From contig OY759308.1 of NCBI GenBank assembly GCA_963662235.1, forward strand, positions 182,109-246,108: DNA of 64,000 bases, given 5' to 3'. Shown piece by piece: positions 1 through 8,951 of the stretch (position 1 is its first letter; every line of letters begins with the position of its first letter). The position numbers and the translations under genes are program-made. The stretch comes from Desulfobacterales bacterium. GTDB taxonomy: Bacteria; Desulfobacterota; Desulfobacteria; Desulfobacterales; G963662235. The notes beneath the pieces were generated by a model, which was not told the origin of the DNA, ran no database searches, and worked only from the letters and a program-made list of their open reading frames with translations.

Positions 1-831
1 ATAAGAGAAGTGGAAGCTATTGTAAATGTAGTAAGATGTTTTGATGATGACGACATAGTTCACGTAGACAAAAAAATTGACCCTATAAACGACATAGAAA
101 TAATAGAAACAGAACTTGCTCTTGCCGATCTGGCCACCATTCTTAAAAAACAAGAGAATTTAAAAAAACAACTGAAATCTAAAAATAAAGAAATTTATGA
201 TAAAGCTAAATTTTTAGAGCCCATAATCAATAATTTAGAAAAAGTTTTATCGGACGGCAAACCTGCAAGCACTTTAGATTTAACTAAAAAAGAGAAAAAA
301 GCTTTATCCGACTTGCACCTTTTAACTCTGAAAAAAAAAATCTATTGCTGTAATGTAGATGAAGCTTCCTTAAAAAAAGAAAACGATTATGTAAGAAGTG
401 TAAAAGAGTACTCAAAAAAGACCGAAACAGATGTTATAACAGTTTGTGCAAAAATAGAAGCCGAGATTGCAACACTTGAAACAATAAAAGAGAGAGAATT
501 CTTTTTAAACGATTTAGGACTTAAAGAGTCTGCATTAAATATACTAATAAAAAAAGCTTATAAACTTCTTGATTTAAAAACCTTCTTTACAGCAGGACCA
601 AGTGAAGTAAGAGCTTGGACTTTTAAAAATGGCTATACAGCCCAAAATTGTAGCGGTGTTATACATACCGATTTTGAAAAAGGTTTCATCAAAGCTGAAG
701 TTTATCATTACGATACTCTTTTGAAATATGGCTCTGAACAAAAAGTTAAAGAGAGTGGAAACTTACGAATAGAAGGTAAAGAGTATTTAGTAAAAGATGG
801 AGATATCTTATTTTTTAGATTTAATGTATGA
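1..831 (+). CDS. ychF: Ribosome-binding ATPase YchF, C-terminal part (5' end lies outside the window)
   Basis: The reading frame is open from nt 1. The translation ...IREVEAIVNVVRCFDDDDIVHV...TAGPSEVRAWTFKNGYTAQNCSGVIHTDFEKGFIKAEV...RIEGKEYLVKDGDILFFRFNV matches the conserved YchF/OLA1 helical and TGS-like C-terminal regions. Confidence 0.9.
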   Translation: MREVEAIVNVVRCFDDDDIVHVDKKIDPINDIEIIETELALADLATILKKQENLKKQLKSKNKEIYDKAKFLEPIINNLEKVLSDGKPASTLDLTKKEKKALSDLHLLTLKKKIYCCNVDEASLKKENDYVRSVKEYSKKTETDVITVCAKIEAEIATLETIKEREFFLNDLGLKESALNILIKKAYKLLDLKTFFTAGPSEVRAWTFKNGYTAQNCSGVIHTDFEKGFIKAEVYHYDTLLKYGSEQKVKESGNLRIEGKEYLVKDGDILFFRFNV

Positions 832-2573
832 AATTAAAATTTTTAAATAAACAAACACTGTTCCTATTTTTTTTAACTATCCTCACTTTTGCTATCTATT
901 TCCAAGTAGTTAATTTCGATTTTCTAAGCTATGATGACCACACCTATATACTTGATAATGCTAATGTTAAATCTGGTTTTAACTTTAAATCTATAAAATG
1001 GGCATTCACAAAAAGTTATGCTGCAAACTGGCATCCCATAACTTGGTTAAGTCATACCCTTGACTATTTACTATTTAAAGAAAACGCAGGTTATCACCAT
1101 CTTGAAAACGTTTTTTTTCATATAATAAACTCTATTCTACTCTTCTTTGTTATGTTAAAAATTACACGGCGTTCTGGACAAAGTATGTTCATTACGCTCT
1201 TTTTTGCTATACATCCCATTCATGTCGAATCTGTAGCGTGGATAGCAGAACGCAAAGACCTTCTAAGTACACTCTTTGGTTTTGCATCAATATACTGTTA
1301 TCTAAACTACGGAAATACAAAAGAAAAAAAACACTACTTCTATTCATTTCTGTTTTTTGCACTAAGTCTTATGTGCAAATCTATGTTTGTAACCCTGCCC
1401 TTTGTGTTTTTGCTTCTTGATTTATGGCCTCTTAAAAGATTTACAAAATTAAAGGATAAAACTTTCTATACTTTAATAATTGAAAAAATACCTTTTTTTA
1501 CCCTCACTATTTTAATCTCCATAGTTATCTTTATTGCTCAAGTTGAAGGTAAAGCTGTAAAACCTATAGCCGAACTTCCAATAAGTTTAAGGTTTGCAAA
1601 TATGTTTTTCTCCTATGGCAATTATGTTCTAAAAATGGTTGTCCCTCATAATCTTGCTCTTATGACTCAAAACATAGATGTAAAATTCCTGCACCATAAA
1701 TTCATTGTTGAAGCTATTACAAAAACTCTTATTGCACTGAGTCTTATAGTTATCGTCTCTTGTTTTTGTATAAAAAAAATAAAAGAGAAACCTTACTATT
1801 TTGTTGGTTGGTTTTGGTTTTTAGGAACTCTTGTTCCTGTTATAGGATTGGTTCAAATTGGTGCACAAGGTATGGCAGATAGATATACATATTTCCCATC
1901 AATTGGCTTTTCTATTTTTTTTATAACTCTTTTAAATAATGTTTTTGTAAAAATAAAAAAGGAAAGGGTTTTAATTGCAATAGGTCTTATAACTGCTTTT
2001 ATCTTTACTATTCTAACGTACAAACAAATCGGCTATTGGGAAAATACCATTACAATTTTCACAAGAACTATAAAAATCGCTGAAACAGGTAAAAAAGGTT
2101 TTTTTGTAAGCCCTATTGTTCATAGAAGTATGGCGATTGCATATACAAAAGAGCAAAAATTCAAAGAGGCTCAAAGACATCTATGGGTATTATACTCTAA
2201 CGATAAAAAAGATTCTAATACTATATACAACATTGCTCTCATATCTTTAAAATTAAATGAATATGACGTTGCAGAAGATTTTTTCCTAAAAGGAATAAAT
2301 TTAAACAAAAATGATATTGGTGCTTATAATGGATTAGGCATAGTCTATTTAAAAAAAGGAGAGAGAGAAAAAGCTATAGAATATTTTAAAAAAGCTCTTG
2401 AGCTCGACCCAAATAATGTCAATTTCTATATCAATTTAGGTTCTACCCTTGCAAACCTTGGAAAGTATAGTGAAGCTATGGAATATTTTGAAAAGGCATT
2501 GGGCATTGAACCTTATAACCAAGCAGCTATGTATAGTTATCAAAAGATTTTAACTATAATCAAAAAAAAATAA
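828..2573 (+). CDS. Polytopic membrane protein with C-terminal TPR repeats (TMTC/PMT-like glycosyltransferase-fold family)
   Basis: 581-aa ORF whose ATG overlaps the ychF stop (ATGA). The first ~400 aa carry many hydrophobic segments. The C-terminus has TPR repeats (GAYNGLGIVYLKKGEREKAIEYFKKALELDPNN, YINLGSTLANLGKYSEAMEYFEKALGIEP). Confidence 0.6.
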   Translation: MKLKFLNKQTLFLFFLTILTFAIYFQVVNFDFLSYDDHTYILDNANVKSGFNFKSIKWAFTKSYAANWHPITWLSHTLDYLLFKENAGYHHLENVFFHIINSILLFFVMLKITRRSGQSMFITLFFAIHPIHVESVAWIAERKDLLSTLFGFASIYCYLNYGNTKEKKHYFYSFLFFALSLMCKSMFVTLPFVFLLLDLWPLKRFTKLKDKTFYTLIIEKIPFFTLTILISIVIFIAQVEGKAVKPIAELPISLRFANMFFSYGNYVLKMVVPHNLALMTQNIDVKFLHHKFIVEAITKTLIALSLIVIVSCFCIKKIKEKPYYFVGWFWFLGTLVPVIGLVQIGAQGMADRYTYFPSIGFSIFFITLLNNVFVKIKKERVLIAIGLITAFIFTILTYKQIGYWENTITIFTRTIKIAETGKKGFFVSPIVHRSMAIAYTKEQKFKEAQRHLWVLYSNDKKDSNTIYNIALISLKLNEYDVAEDFFLKGINLNKNDIGAYNGLGIVYLKKGEREKAIEYFKKALELDPNNVNFYINLGSTLANLGKYSEAMEYFEKALGIEPYNQAAMYSYQKILTIIKKK

Positions 2574-2590
2574 GACCTTTGCACATAATG
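2574..2590 (-). repeat. Solo MITE terminal repeat (End-B type) directly after the stop codon of the upstream gene
   Basis: GACCTTTGCACATAATGTTTTTT starts one base after the TAA at 2571-2573. It is identical to the reverse complement of the End-B terminus of the full MITE copies (AAAAACATTATGTGCAAAGGTCTC). Confidence 0.6.
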
Positions 2591-2608
2591 TTTTTTATGA
2601 GTGTGATT

Positions 2609-3172
2609 TTAAAATTGACTAATATTAGAAAAATGACTTGGAAAAACTGGTTGGGCAAAATAACAAATATATTCATTATCATTACCTCTTATACGCTTGT
2701 ATGTAAAAGTATGGATAACTATTAATGAACTGTTAAAATTATTGCTATAAAATAGAGACGATATATATTTTGTTTTTTTTGAACTACTTTTTTGGGTATG
2801 AATTTGACCAATCTTACTATCTTCTAAAATATAGAATAAACTATTAAACGAAATTTCGTCATCAGCTTTTTTATTTTTTTCTAAAGAGGTTATAAATTTA
2901 GAACCTAATTGTCTTATAGGGATTTCATTATTGACGAACCATTCTTTATTTTTGTCAAAATATTGTAAAAAAAAAGATTTATTAAACCCTAACAACTCCC
3001 ATTCTAATACCTTCTCTTCATCAGAATAGTCATATACATTTTGAGATATAATTTCATACTCTTCTTTTTTATACGTTACGAAATAGCCTATTTCTAATTG
3101 TTTAAGCCTATCTTCTCCGCAACTATCCCCAACATTGCTTGTAAGGAAAATTTCTGTATATTTTTTAAACAT
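2609..3172 (-). CDS. Hypothetical protein (weak resemblance to DUF4178-type proteins)
   Basis: 187-aa ORF convergent with the upstream gene. No diagnostic motif found. The EEYEIISQNVYDYSDEEKVLEWELLGFN segment recalls DUF4178, but this is not verified. Confidence 0.4.
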   Translation of the reverse strand: MFKKYTEIFLTSNVGDSCGEDRLKQLEIGYFVTYKKEEYEIISQNVYDYSDEEKVLEWELLGFNKSFFLQYFDKNKEWFVNNEIPIRQLGSKFITSLEKNKKADDEISFNSLFYILEDSKIGQIHTQKSSSKKTKYISSLFYSNNFNSSLIVIHTFTYKRIRGNDNEYICYFAQPVFPSHFSNISQF

Positions 3173-3374
3173 AATATTTTATAATCTATCTTATTTTGAT
3201 TATCTAATAAATTTTTTAATCTTTTTATTTTTTATATACATCAAAAAAATTCAACTTTTTTTTTCATTTAAAAGCAATAAATTTATGTTTTAAAAAAATA
3301 AACTTTCATATTTTTTTAAACGAACTTATAAAAAATATTTTATTTATAATGTTAAATTTAAAATAAAGGCAAAA

Positions 3375-4778
3375 ATGGACAATACTATAATAACACGTTT
3401 CCCGCCCAGCCCTACAGGTTATCTCCATATAGGAGGGGCAAGAACAGCAATTTTTAATTGGCTCTATGCAAGAAAAAACAATGGAAAATTAATTTTAAGA
3501 ATAGAAGATACAGATGTTGAACGCTCCACTGAAGAGTCTACAGACTCTATCTTAAAATCACTTGAGTGGCTTGGAATAGATTGGGACTCAGGACCTTTTT
3601 TTCAATCAAAACGACTTGATATTTATAAAGAATATATACAAAAACTTATAGATAATGGCCTTGCATACTACTGTTCTTGTTCAAGCGAAAGGCTTGAAGA
3701 GATAAGACAAAAAGCGATTTCAGAAAACAAAAAACCAAAATATGATGGGGAATGTAGAAATAAAAACCATAAATACAAAGAAGGTATGGTTGTAAGATTT
3801 AAAGCTCCAGCAATCGGAACAACATTAATTCAAGATGAAATAAAAGGTAATATCGAATTTAATAATGAAGAACTTGACGACTTTATCATAGAAAGAAGTA
3901 ACGGTATGCCTACATATAACTTAACTGTTGTTGTAGACGATATCACTATGGGCATAAATTTTGTCATAAGAGGCGATGACCATGTAAATAACACTCCGAA
4001 ACAAATTATGCTGTATGAAGCTTTTGGGGAGAAACTACCAAAATTTGCTCACGTACCAATGGTGCTTGGAGAAGATAAGACAAGATTAAGTAAAAGACAT
4101 GGTGCAGTATCTGTTTATGAATACAAAAAAATGGGGATTACTCCAGATGCAATGCTTAACTATCTTGTAAGGCTTGGATGGTCTTATGGAAATCAAGAGT
4201 TTTTTAACAGAGAAGAACTTATAGAAAAATTTACAATTAAAAATATAGGCAAGTCACCAAGTGTTTTTGATATGCAAAAACTTCTTGCTATCAACTTTGA
4301 ACATATCCAAAAAACTGACAATAAAGAGTTATCCAAACTTCTAAAACCTTTTTTAAAAGAAAAAAATATAGAGATATCAAACGATACAAAACTTTTAGAA
4401 GTAATAGATACAATAAAAAACAGAAGTAAAACGATAGTTGAAATGGCAGATAACTCCATCTGCTATTTTAAAGATATTAAAGAGTATGATGAAAAAGGGG
4501 AAAAGAAATTTTTTAAACCCACCAATTTAGAGCCCATCAAAAGCTTAAGAGATAATTTACAAAAACTTGAAGAGTTTAACAAAGAAGAGCTTCATACAAT
4601 TTTTGAAGGAGTTTTAAAACAGTTTGAAATAGGTTTCAGTAAATTAGCTCAACCAGTAAGACTTGCCCTTACTGGCACAACAAATGGACCAAGCATAACA
4701 GACATTATCTATATTTTAGGCAAAGAGACAACTACTCAAAGATTAGACAAAGTAATTAAAAAAATAGAAAATCTTTAG
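3375..4778 (+). CDS. gltX: Glutamate--tRNA ligase
   Basis: Class I aaRS motifs are present: HIGH-type PSPTGYLHIGGARTA and KMSKS-type RLSKRHG. The 467-aa length is typical of bacterial GltX. Confidence 0.95.
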   Translation: MDNTIITRFPPSPTGYLHIGGARTAIFNWLYARKNNGKLILRIEDTDVERSTEESTDSILKSLEWLGIDWDSGPFFQSKRLDIYKEYIQKLIDNGLAYYCSCSSERLEEIRQKAISENKKPKYDGECRNKNHKYKEGMVVRFKAPAIGTTLIQDEIKGNIEFNNEELDDFIIERSNGMPTYNLTVVVDDITMGINFVIRGDDHVNNTPKQIMLYEAFGEKLPKFAHVPMVLGEDKTRLSKRHGAVSVYEYKKMGITPDAMLNYLVRLGWSYGNQEFFNREELIEKFTIKNIGKSPSVFDMQKLLAINFEHIQKTDNKELSKLLKPFLKEKNIEISNDTKLLEVIDTIKNRSKTIVEMADNSICYFKDIKEYDEKGEKKFFKPTNLEPIKSLRDNLQKLEEFNKEELHTIFEGVLKQFEIGFSKLAQPVRLALTGTTNGPSITDIIYILGKETTTQRLDKVIKKIENL

Positions 4779-4798
4779 CCGTCTGTCCGTCCGTAGAG

Positions 4799-4854
4799 AC
4801 GCAAGATTTTGTGTCTCTACAAGATTTTGCATTTCTACAAGATTTTGCATTTCT
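4799..4854. repeat. Three tandem ~18-bp repeats downstream of gltX; the first unit is part of an 8-bp-stem hairpin
   Basis: ACGCAAGATTTTGTGTCTCT / ACAAGATTTTGCATTTCT / ACAAGATTTTGCATTTCT. GTAGAGAC (4793-4800) pairs with GTCTCTAC (4813-4820). Confidence 0.7.
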
Positions 4855-5118
4855 ACGGCATTTAATCAAACCAATATGAAATTACAATCTGGCGGTGTGC
4901 CCTACGTCATTTAAAAACTATGCACAAAAGTCTTAAAAAAATAATGTTGTTTTTATAGTTATTAATGTCTATTCTACAGGGTTCTTAAAGAAAGATTGGC
5001 AAAGGATATATTTTTATTAACAAAAAGAGAGCTTTAATAAGCTTTATTTAAAACTCTCGAAAACAGTTCAAAAAAGGACGCTTTTATTTTTAAGCGTTCA
5101 GGAAAAGAAAGAAGATTT

Positions 5119-6864
5119 ATGAAAGACGAAACAAAACAACTTACAATGGAAGAAGCTCTTGAAAAATGTGGTAACAATTTTAAAAAAATAGAAGAAGGTG
5201 GAGTAACACAAGGAGTCGTAGTTGCTATCAACAAAGACTCTGTGGTTGTTGATGTAGGTTACAAATCTGAAGGAGAAATTCCAAAAAACGAATTTAAGAA
5301 AAATAGTGACGGTCAAATAGAAGTCAAAATAGGCGACAATGTTGAAGTTATGGTAGAATATTGGGATGAAAGAGAAGAAATTGTCCATATCTCAAAAGAT
5401 AAAGCTGAAAAGATAAAAGCTTTAGAAGATTTAGAACAAAAATTTCAAGACGACGCCATAATAGAAGGTAAAGTAATAAACCGTATTAAAGGCGGTTTTT
5501 CTATAGACGTAAATGGCGTACAAGCCTTCCTTCCTGGTTCTCAAGTTGACTTAAAACCTGTTAAAAATATGAATGAAGTTGTAGGTCAAACTTATGAGTT
5601 TAAAATTCTAAAATTTAATCGTAAGAAAAATAATATCGTCCTTTCAAGAAGAGCAATATTAGAAGAAAAAAGAAATAGTATAAGAGAAAAAACACTTGCC
5701 ATAGCACATGAAGGCAAAGTTATGGAAGGTGTAGTTAAAAATATTACAGAATATGGAGTTTTTGTTGATATAGGCGGAATGGACGGGCTTCTTCATATCA
5801 CTGATATCTCTTGGGGTAGAATTAAAAATCCATCTGAAATATTTTCAGTTGGTGACAAAATTAACGTTAAAATACTTATATTTGATAAAGAGAAAGAGCG
5901 TGTTTCTCTCGGTATGAAACAACTTGTTGTAGACCCTTGGATAGAAATTAATGAAAAATATGAAAAAGATACAAAAGTTACAGGAAAAGTTGTTAGCATA
6001 ACTGATTATGGTGCATTCTTAGAGCTTGAAGAAGGAGTTGAAGGTTTAGTCCATATTTCAGAAATGTCGTGGACCAAAAAAATTCGTCACCCCTCCAATA
6101 TGCTTTCTATAGGCGATGCAGTAGAAGCAGTAATCCTTGATGTTCAAAAAGACGAGAGAAGAATTTCTCTTGGTTTAAAACAAGCTGTTCAAAATCCTTG
6201 GGAGCTTTTAAGCGAAAAATATCCTATCGGTACAATTATTGAGGGACAAATTAAAAATATAACAGACTTTGGTGTCTTTGTCGGTATAGATGATGATATA
6301 GATGGATTAGTTCACATTTCTGACCTTTCTTGGACAAAAAGAATTAAACATCCATCTGAACTCTATAAAAAAGGAGATATCGTACAAGCTGTAGTTCTTG
6401 ATGTTGATAAAGATAATGAGCGTTTTTCACTTGGTATAAAACAAAACCAAGAAGACCCTTGGTCAGGTGTTGAAGATAGATACCCTATAGGTACAGAAGT
6501 AGAAGGTAAAATAACTAATGTAACAGATTTTGGTATTTTCGTTGAACTTGAAGAGGGAATAGAAGGTTTAATTCATATATCTGAAGTGAGTGAAAAAAAG
6601 ATAGAAACTCCTGTTGGCAAATTTAATACAGGCGACACTATCCAAGCTCTTGTAATGAACATAAACTCTCAAGAAAAAAGAATTGGACTTTCAATTAAAC
6701 AGCTTGGATTAGAAACAGAGGAAGACGAAGAAGAGCCAAAACAAGATAAAAAAGAAGCAACAACAGAAGAGATAAAGGATGAAGTAAAAGAAGATACTCA
6801 AACAGAAGCAAAAGATGAAACAAAAGAAGTTGTTAACGAAGAAGAGACAAAAGAAGAAGAGTAG
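5119..6864 (+). CDS. rpsA: 30S ribosomal protein S1
   Basis: 581 aa with six consecutive S1 domains (repeated G.V..I..FG.FV.L..G..GL.HISE pattern) and an acidic, Lys/Glu-rich tail. Confidence 0.95.
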   Translation: MKDETKQLTMEEALEKCGNNFKKIEEGGVTQGVVVAINKDSVVVDVGYKSEGEIPKNEFKKNSDGQIEVKIGDNVEVMVEYWDEREEIVHISKDKAEKIKALEDLEQKFQDDAIIEGKVINRIKGGFSIDVNGVQAFLPGSQVDLKPVKNMNEVVGQTYEFKILKFNRKKNNIVLSRRAILEEKRNSIREKTLAIAHEGKVMEGVVKNITEYGVFVDIGGMDGLLHITDISWGRIKNPSEIFSVGDKINVKILIFDKEKERVSLGMKQLVVDPWIEINEKYEKDTKVTGKVVSITDYGAFLELEEGVEGLVHISEMSWTKKIRHPSNMLSIGDAVEAVILDVQKDERRISLGLKQAVQNPWELLSEKYPIGTIIEGQIKNITDFGVFVGIDDDIDGLVHISDLSWTKRIKHPSELYKKGDIVQAVVLDVDKDNERFSLGIKQNQEDPWSGVEDRYPIGTEVEGKITNVTDFGIFVELEEGIEGLIHISEVSEKKIETPVGKFNTGDTIQALVMNINSQEKRIGLSIKQLGLETEEDEEEPKQDKKEATTEEIKDEVKEDTQTEAKDETKEVVNEEETKEEE

Positions 6865-6875
6865 GCAATAAAAAA

Positions 6876-7766
6876 GTGTTTTCAAGAAAACATCCATATC
6901 TATTTTTTATATTAGTTTTTATTTCTATAACCTCTTTTTCATCTGCTTTAATGTTGTTTTTAGGCAACAATAAAAAAAAAGAGTTTATTAATAGCTCCGA
7001 AACTGTCGGTATAATTGAAATTAAAGGCATTATCGAAGATTCTAAAGAAGTTTTGGAGCTATTAAAAGAACTTAGAGAAAATAACAAAATTAAATCTATA
7101 CTGTTGCGTATAGAATCTCCAGGAGGTGCAGTCGGACCTTCTCAAGAAATTTATCAAGAAGTCCTTAAAACCAAAAAAAAGAAAAAAGTTATAGTCTCAT
7201 TTGGAACTATTGGAACATCAGGTGCTTACTATATTGCCTCTGCAGCGGATGGTATTATGGCTGTTCCCGGAACTGTAACTGGCAGTATCGGTGTTTTAAT
7301 GGTGTATAATAATTTTCAAGAATTATTAAGCAAGATAGGTTTAAGCACTAAAGTTATAAAAAGCGTACAATATAAAGATATAGGCTCTCCAAATCGCCAA
7401 ATGAGTGACGCTGAAAAAAAAATCTTACAAGACTTTGTTGAAAAACTTCATACCCAATTTATAAACGATATCGCATACGGTCGTAATATGGAGCTTCTTA
7501 AAGTACAAGAACTCGCAGATGGTAGAATATATACAGGAGAAGAGGCACGTGACCTTAAATTGATAGACAAATTGGGTAACTATCAAGATGCTATTGAATG
7601 GGCAGGACGAGTTGCAGGTATAAAAGGTAAAATAGACACTTACTATCCTCAAAAGAATCAAAGCTTTATGGAAAAAATCCTTGATATGAAAAGCTTAAGT
7701 AATATCTCTAAAGTTATATTCCATCCAAGTAGTTATGCTGCTTTTCTTTATGCTCCATCTCTATAG
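6876..7766 (+). CDS. sppA: Signal peptide peptidase SppA, 36K type (peptidase S49)
   Basis: GTG start and an N-terminal TM helix. S49 signatures are ESPGGAVGPSQEIYQEV and GTSGAYYIASAADGIMAVPGTVTGSIGV. Confidence 0.85.
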   Translation: MFSRKHPYLFFILVFISITSFSSALMLFLGNNKKKEFINSSETVGIIEIKGIIEDSKEVLELLKELRENNKIKSILLRIESPGGAVGPSQEIYQEVLKTKKKKKVIVSFGTIGTSGAYYIASAADGIMAVPGTVTGSIGVLMVYNNFQELLSKIGLSTKVIKSVQYKDIGSPNRQMSDAEKKILQDFVEKLHTQFINDIAYGRNMELLKVQELADGRIYTGEEARDLKLIDKLGNYQDAIEWAGRVAGIKGKIDTYYPQKNQSFMEKILDMKSLSNISKVIFHPSSYAAFLYAPSL

Positions 7767-7784
7767 AGACCTTTGCACATAATG
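7767..7784 (-). repeat. Solo MITE terminal repeat (End-B type) filling the sppA / next-gene junction
   Basis: AGACCTTTGCACATAATG begins right after the sppA TAG (7764-7766). Its ATG (7782-7784) is the most plausible start of the next CDS. Confidence 0.6.
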
Positions 7785-8729
7785 TTTTTAGATAAAATTT
7801 TTAAAAAAAAGAAACAGAATGTCTTTCCCAAAAAACTTCAAAACAAGATAGTCGCTATTTTAAAAGAGAAGAAAAATTGTAAAAGCAAAAGCGAAGAGAG
7901 AAATTACTTAGAAAATGCCGAAGAGATTTTTTCTGAAATAAGGCTTGCGTTTGATAAAAACAAAAACTCTTTAACAAATAGCGTTATAAACAAAATAGTA
8001 TTAGGCGAGTTCGATAAAGCAGAAAACATTTTAAACAAATCGATTGAAGAAAACGAAAAAAAAACAAACATAAAATTATACGATTTCTATAGATTAGCAC
8101 TCCTTAAAAAATTGGCGTTAGAGTATAAACAAAGCGAGGAATATTATACAAAAGCGTTAAAAATTGAATCTTCTGATACACTTATCCTAAAATCTTATGC
8201 TAACTTATTACTCTCTTACAAAAAACCCAAAACAGCACTTAAATTTTTACTCAAAGCCCTTAAAGAAGAAAAAATAAGGTTCGGAAATAAAAGCCCAATT
8301 ATAGCCGAAAGTTATAGTAAAATAGCTTACGCTTACACACTATTAGAACAAAAAGAAAAAATCTTTTTTTACCTTAAAGAAGCTCTTATTATAAATGAAA
8401 ATACATTTGGAAAGTTTCATATAAAAACAGGCGACTCTTTAAAAGCTATCGCTATGTTTTTTGCAAAATCAGAAGAAGGGAAAAAAAATGCTATTAAGTA
8501 TTTTGAACAAGCCCTTGATATTTACGAAAAAACCTATGGAGAAAAAAATCTTGAAACTGCCTATCTTATGCTCCATTTTGCAAACTTGCTTTACAATTTA
8601 GAAGAAAAAAAAAGTGCTTTAAACTATTTTGAAAAAAGCGAAAAAGTTTTTACAATTTTTTTCGGCCCAGACGACCCTACAACAAAGTATGCTGTATTTA
8701 AAAAAGAGTTAATAGATATGAAAAAATAA
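7782..8729 (+). CDS. TPR repeat protein
   Basis: The ORF track starts at TTG 7773, inside the repeat; I prefer the ATG at 7782 (MFLDKIFKKKK...). Multiple TPR-like helical repeats are present (YSKIAYAYTLLEQKEKIFFYLKEALIINE, AIKYFEQALDIYEKTYGEKNLETA). Confidence 0.6.
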   Translation: MFLDKIFKKKKQNVFPKKLQNKIVAILKEKKNCKSKSEERNYLENAEEIFSEIRLAFDKNKNSLTNSVINKIVLGEFDKAENILNKSIEENEKKTNIKLYDFYRLALLKKLALEYKQSEEYYTKALKIESSDTLILKSYANLLLSYKKPKTALKFLLKALKEEKIRFGNKSPIIAESYSKIAYAYTLLEQKEKIFFYLKEALIINENTFGKFHIKTGDSLKAIAMFFAKSEEGKKNAIKYFEQALDIYEKTYGEKNLETAYLMLHFANLLYNLEEKKSALNYFEKSEKVFTIFFGPDDPTTKYAVFKKELIDMKK

Positions 8730-8839
8730 AAGTTCTATTTCCTTTTACATTTTCAAAACAAACTCTAAAACCACCATATTAAATGATTTAAACCCCTTTT
8801 TTTACCGTCTTAATTTCTTCATTTAACTTATAAACTATG

Positions 8840-8856
8840 TTATGTGCAAAGGTTTA
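8840..8856 (+). repeat. Solo MITE terminal repeat (End-B type), inverted relative to the one at 7767
   Basis: TTATGTGCAAAGGTTT matches the End-B terminus. Together with 7767-7784 it brackets the TPR gene with inverted copies of the same terminus. Confidence 0.5.
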
Positions 8857-8951
8857 TAAAACTTATTTTTCTAAAGCTACTTGCCAAATAGCAAATCAAC
8901 ATTAAATTTTTAAAACGTACAAATAACTTTTTATTAAAAAAGGTAAAAAAA

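Noticed and set aside
4919-4936. CTATGCACAAAAGTCTT as another solo MITE terminus.
   Set aside because: There are several mismatches in the core (GCACAAAAG versus GTGCAAAGG), which is too diverged to call.
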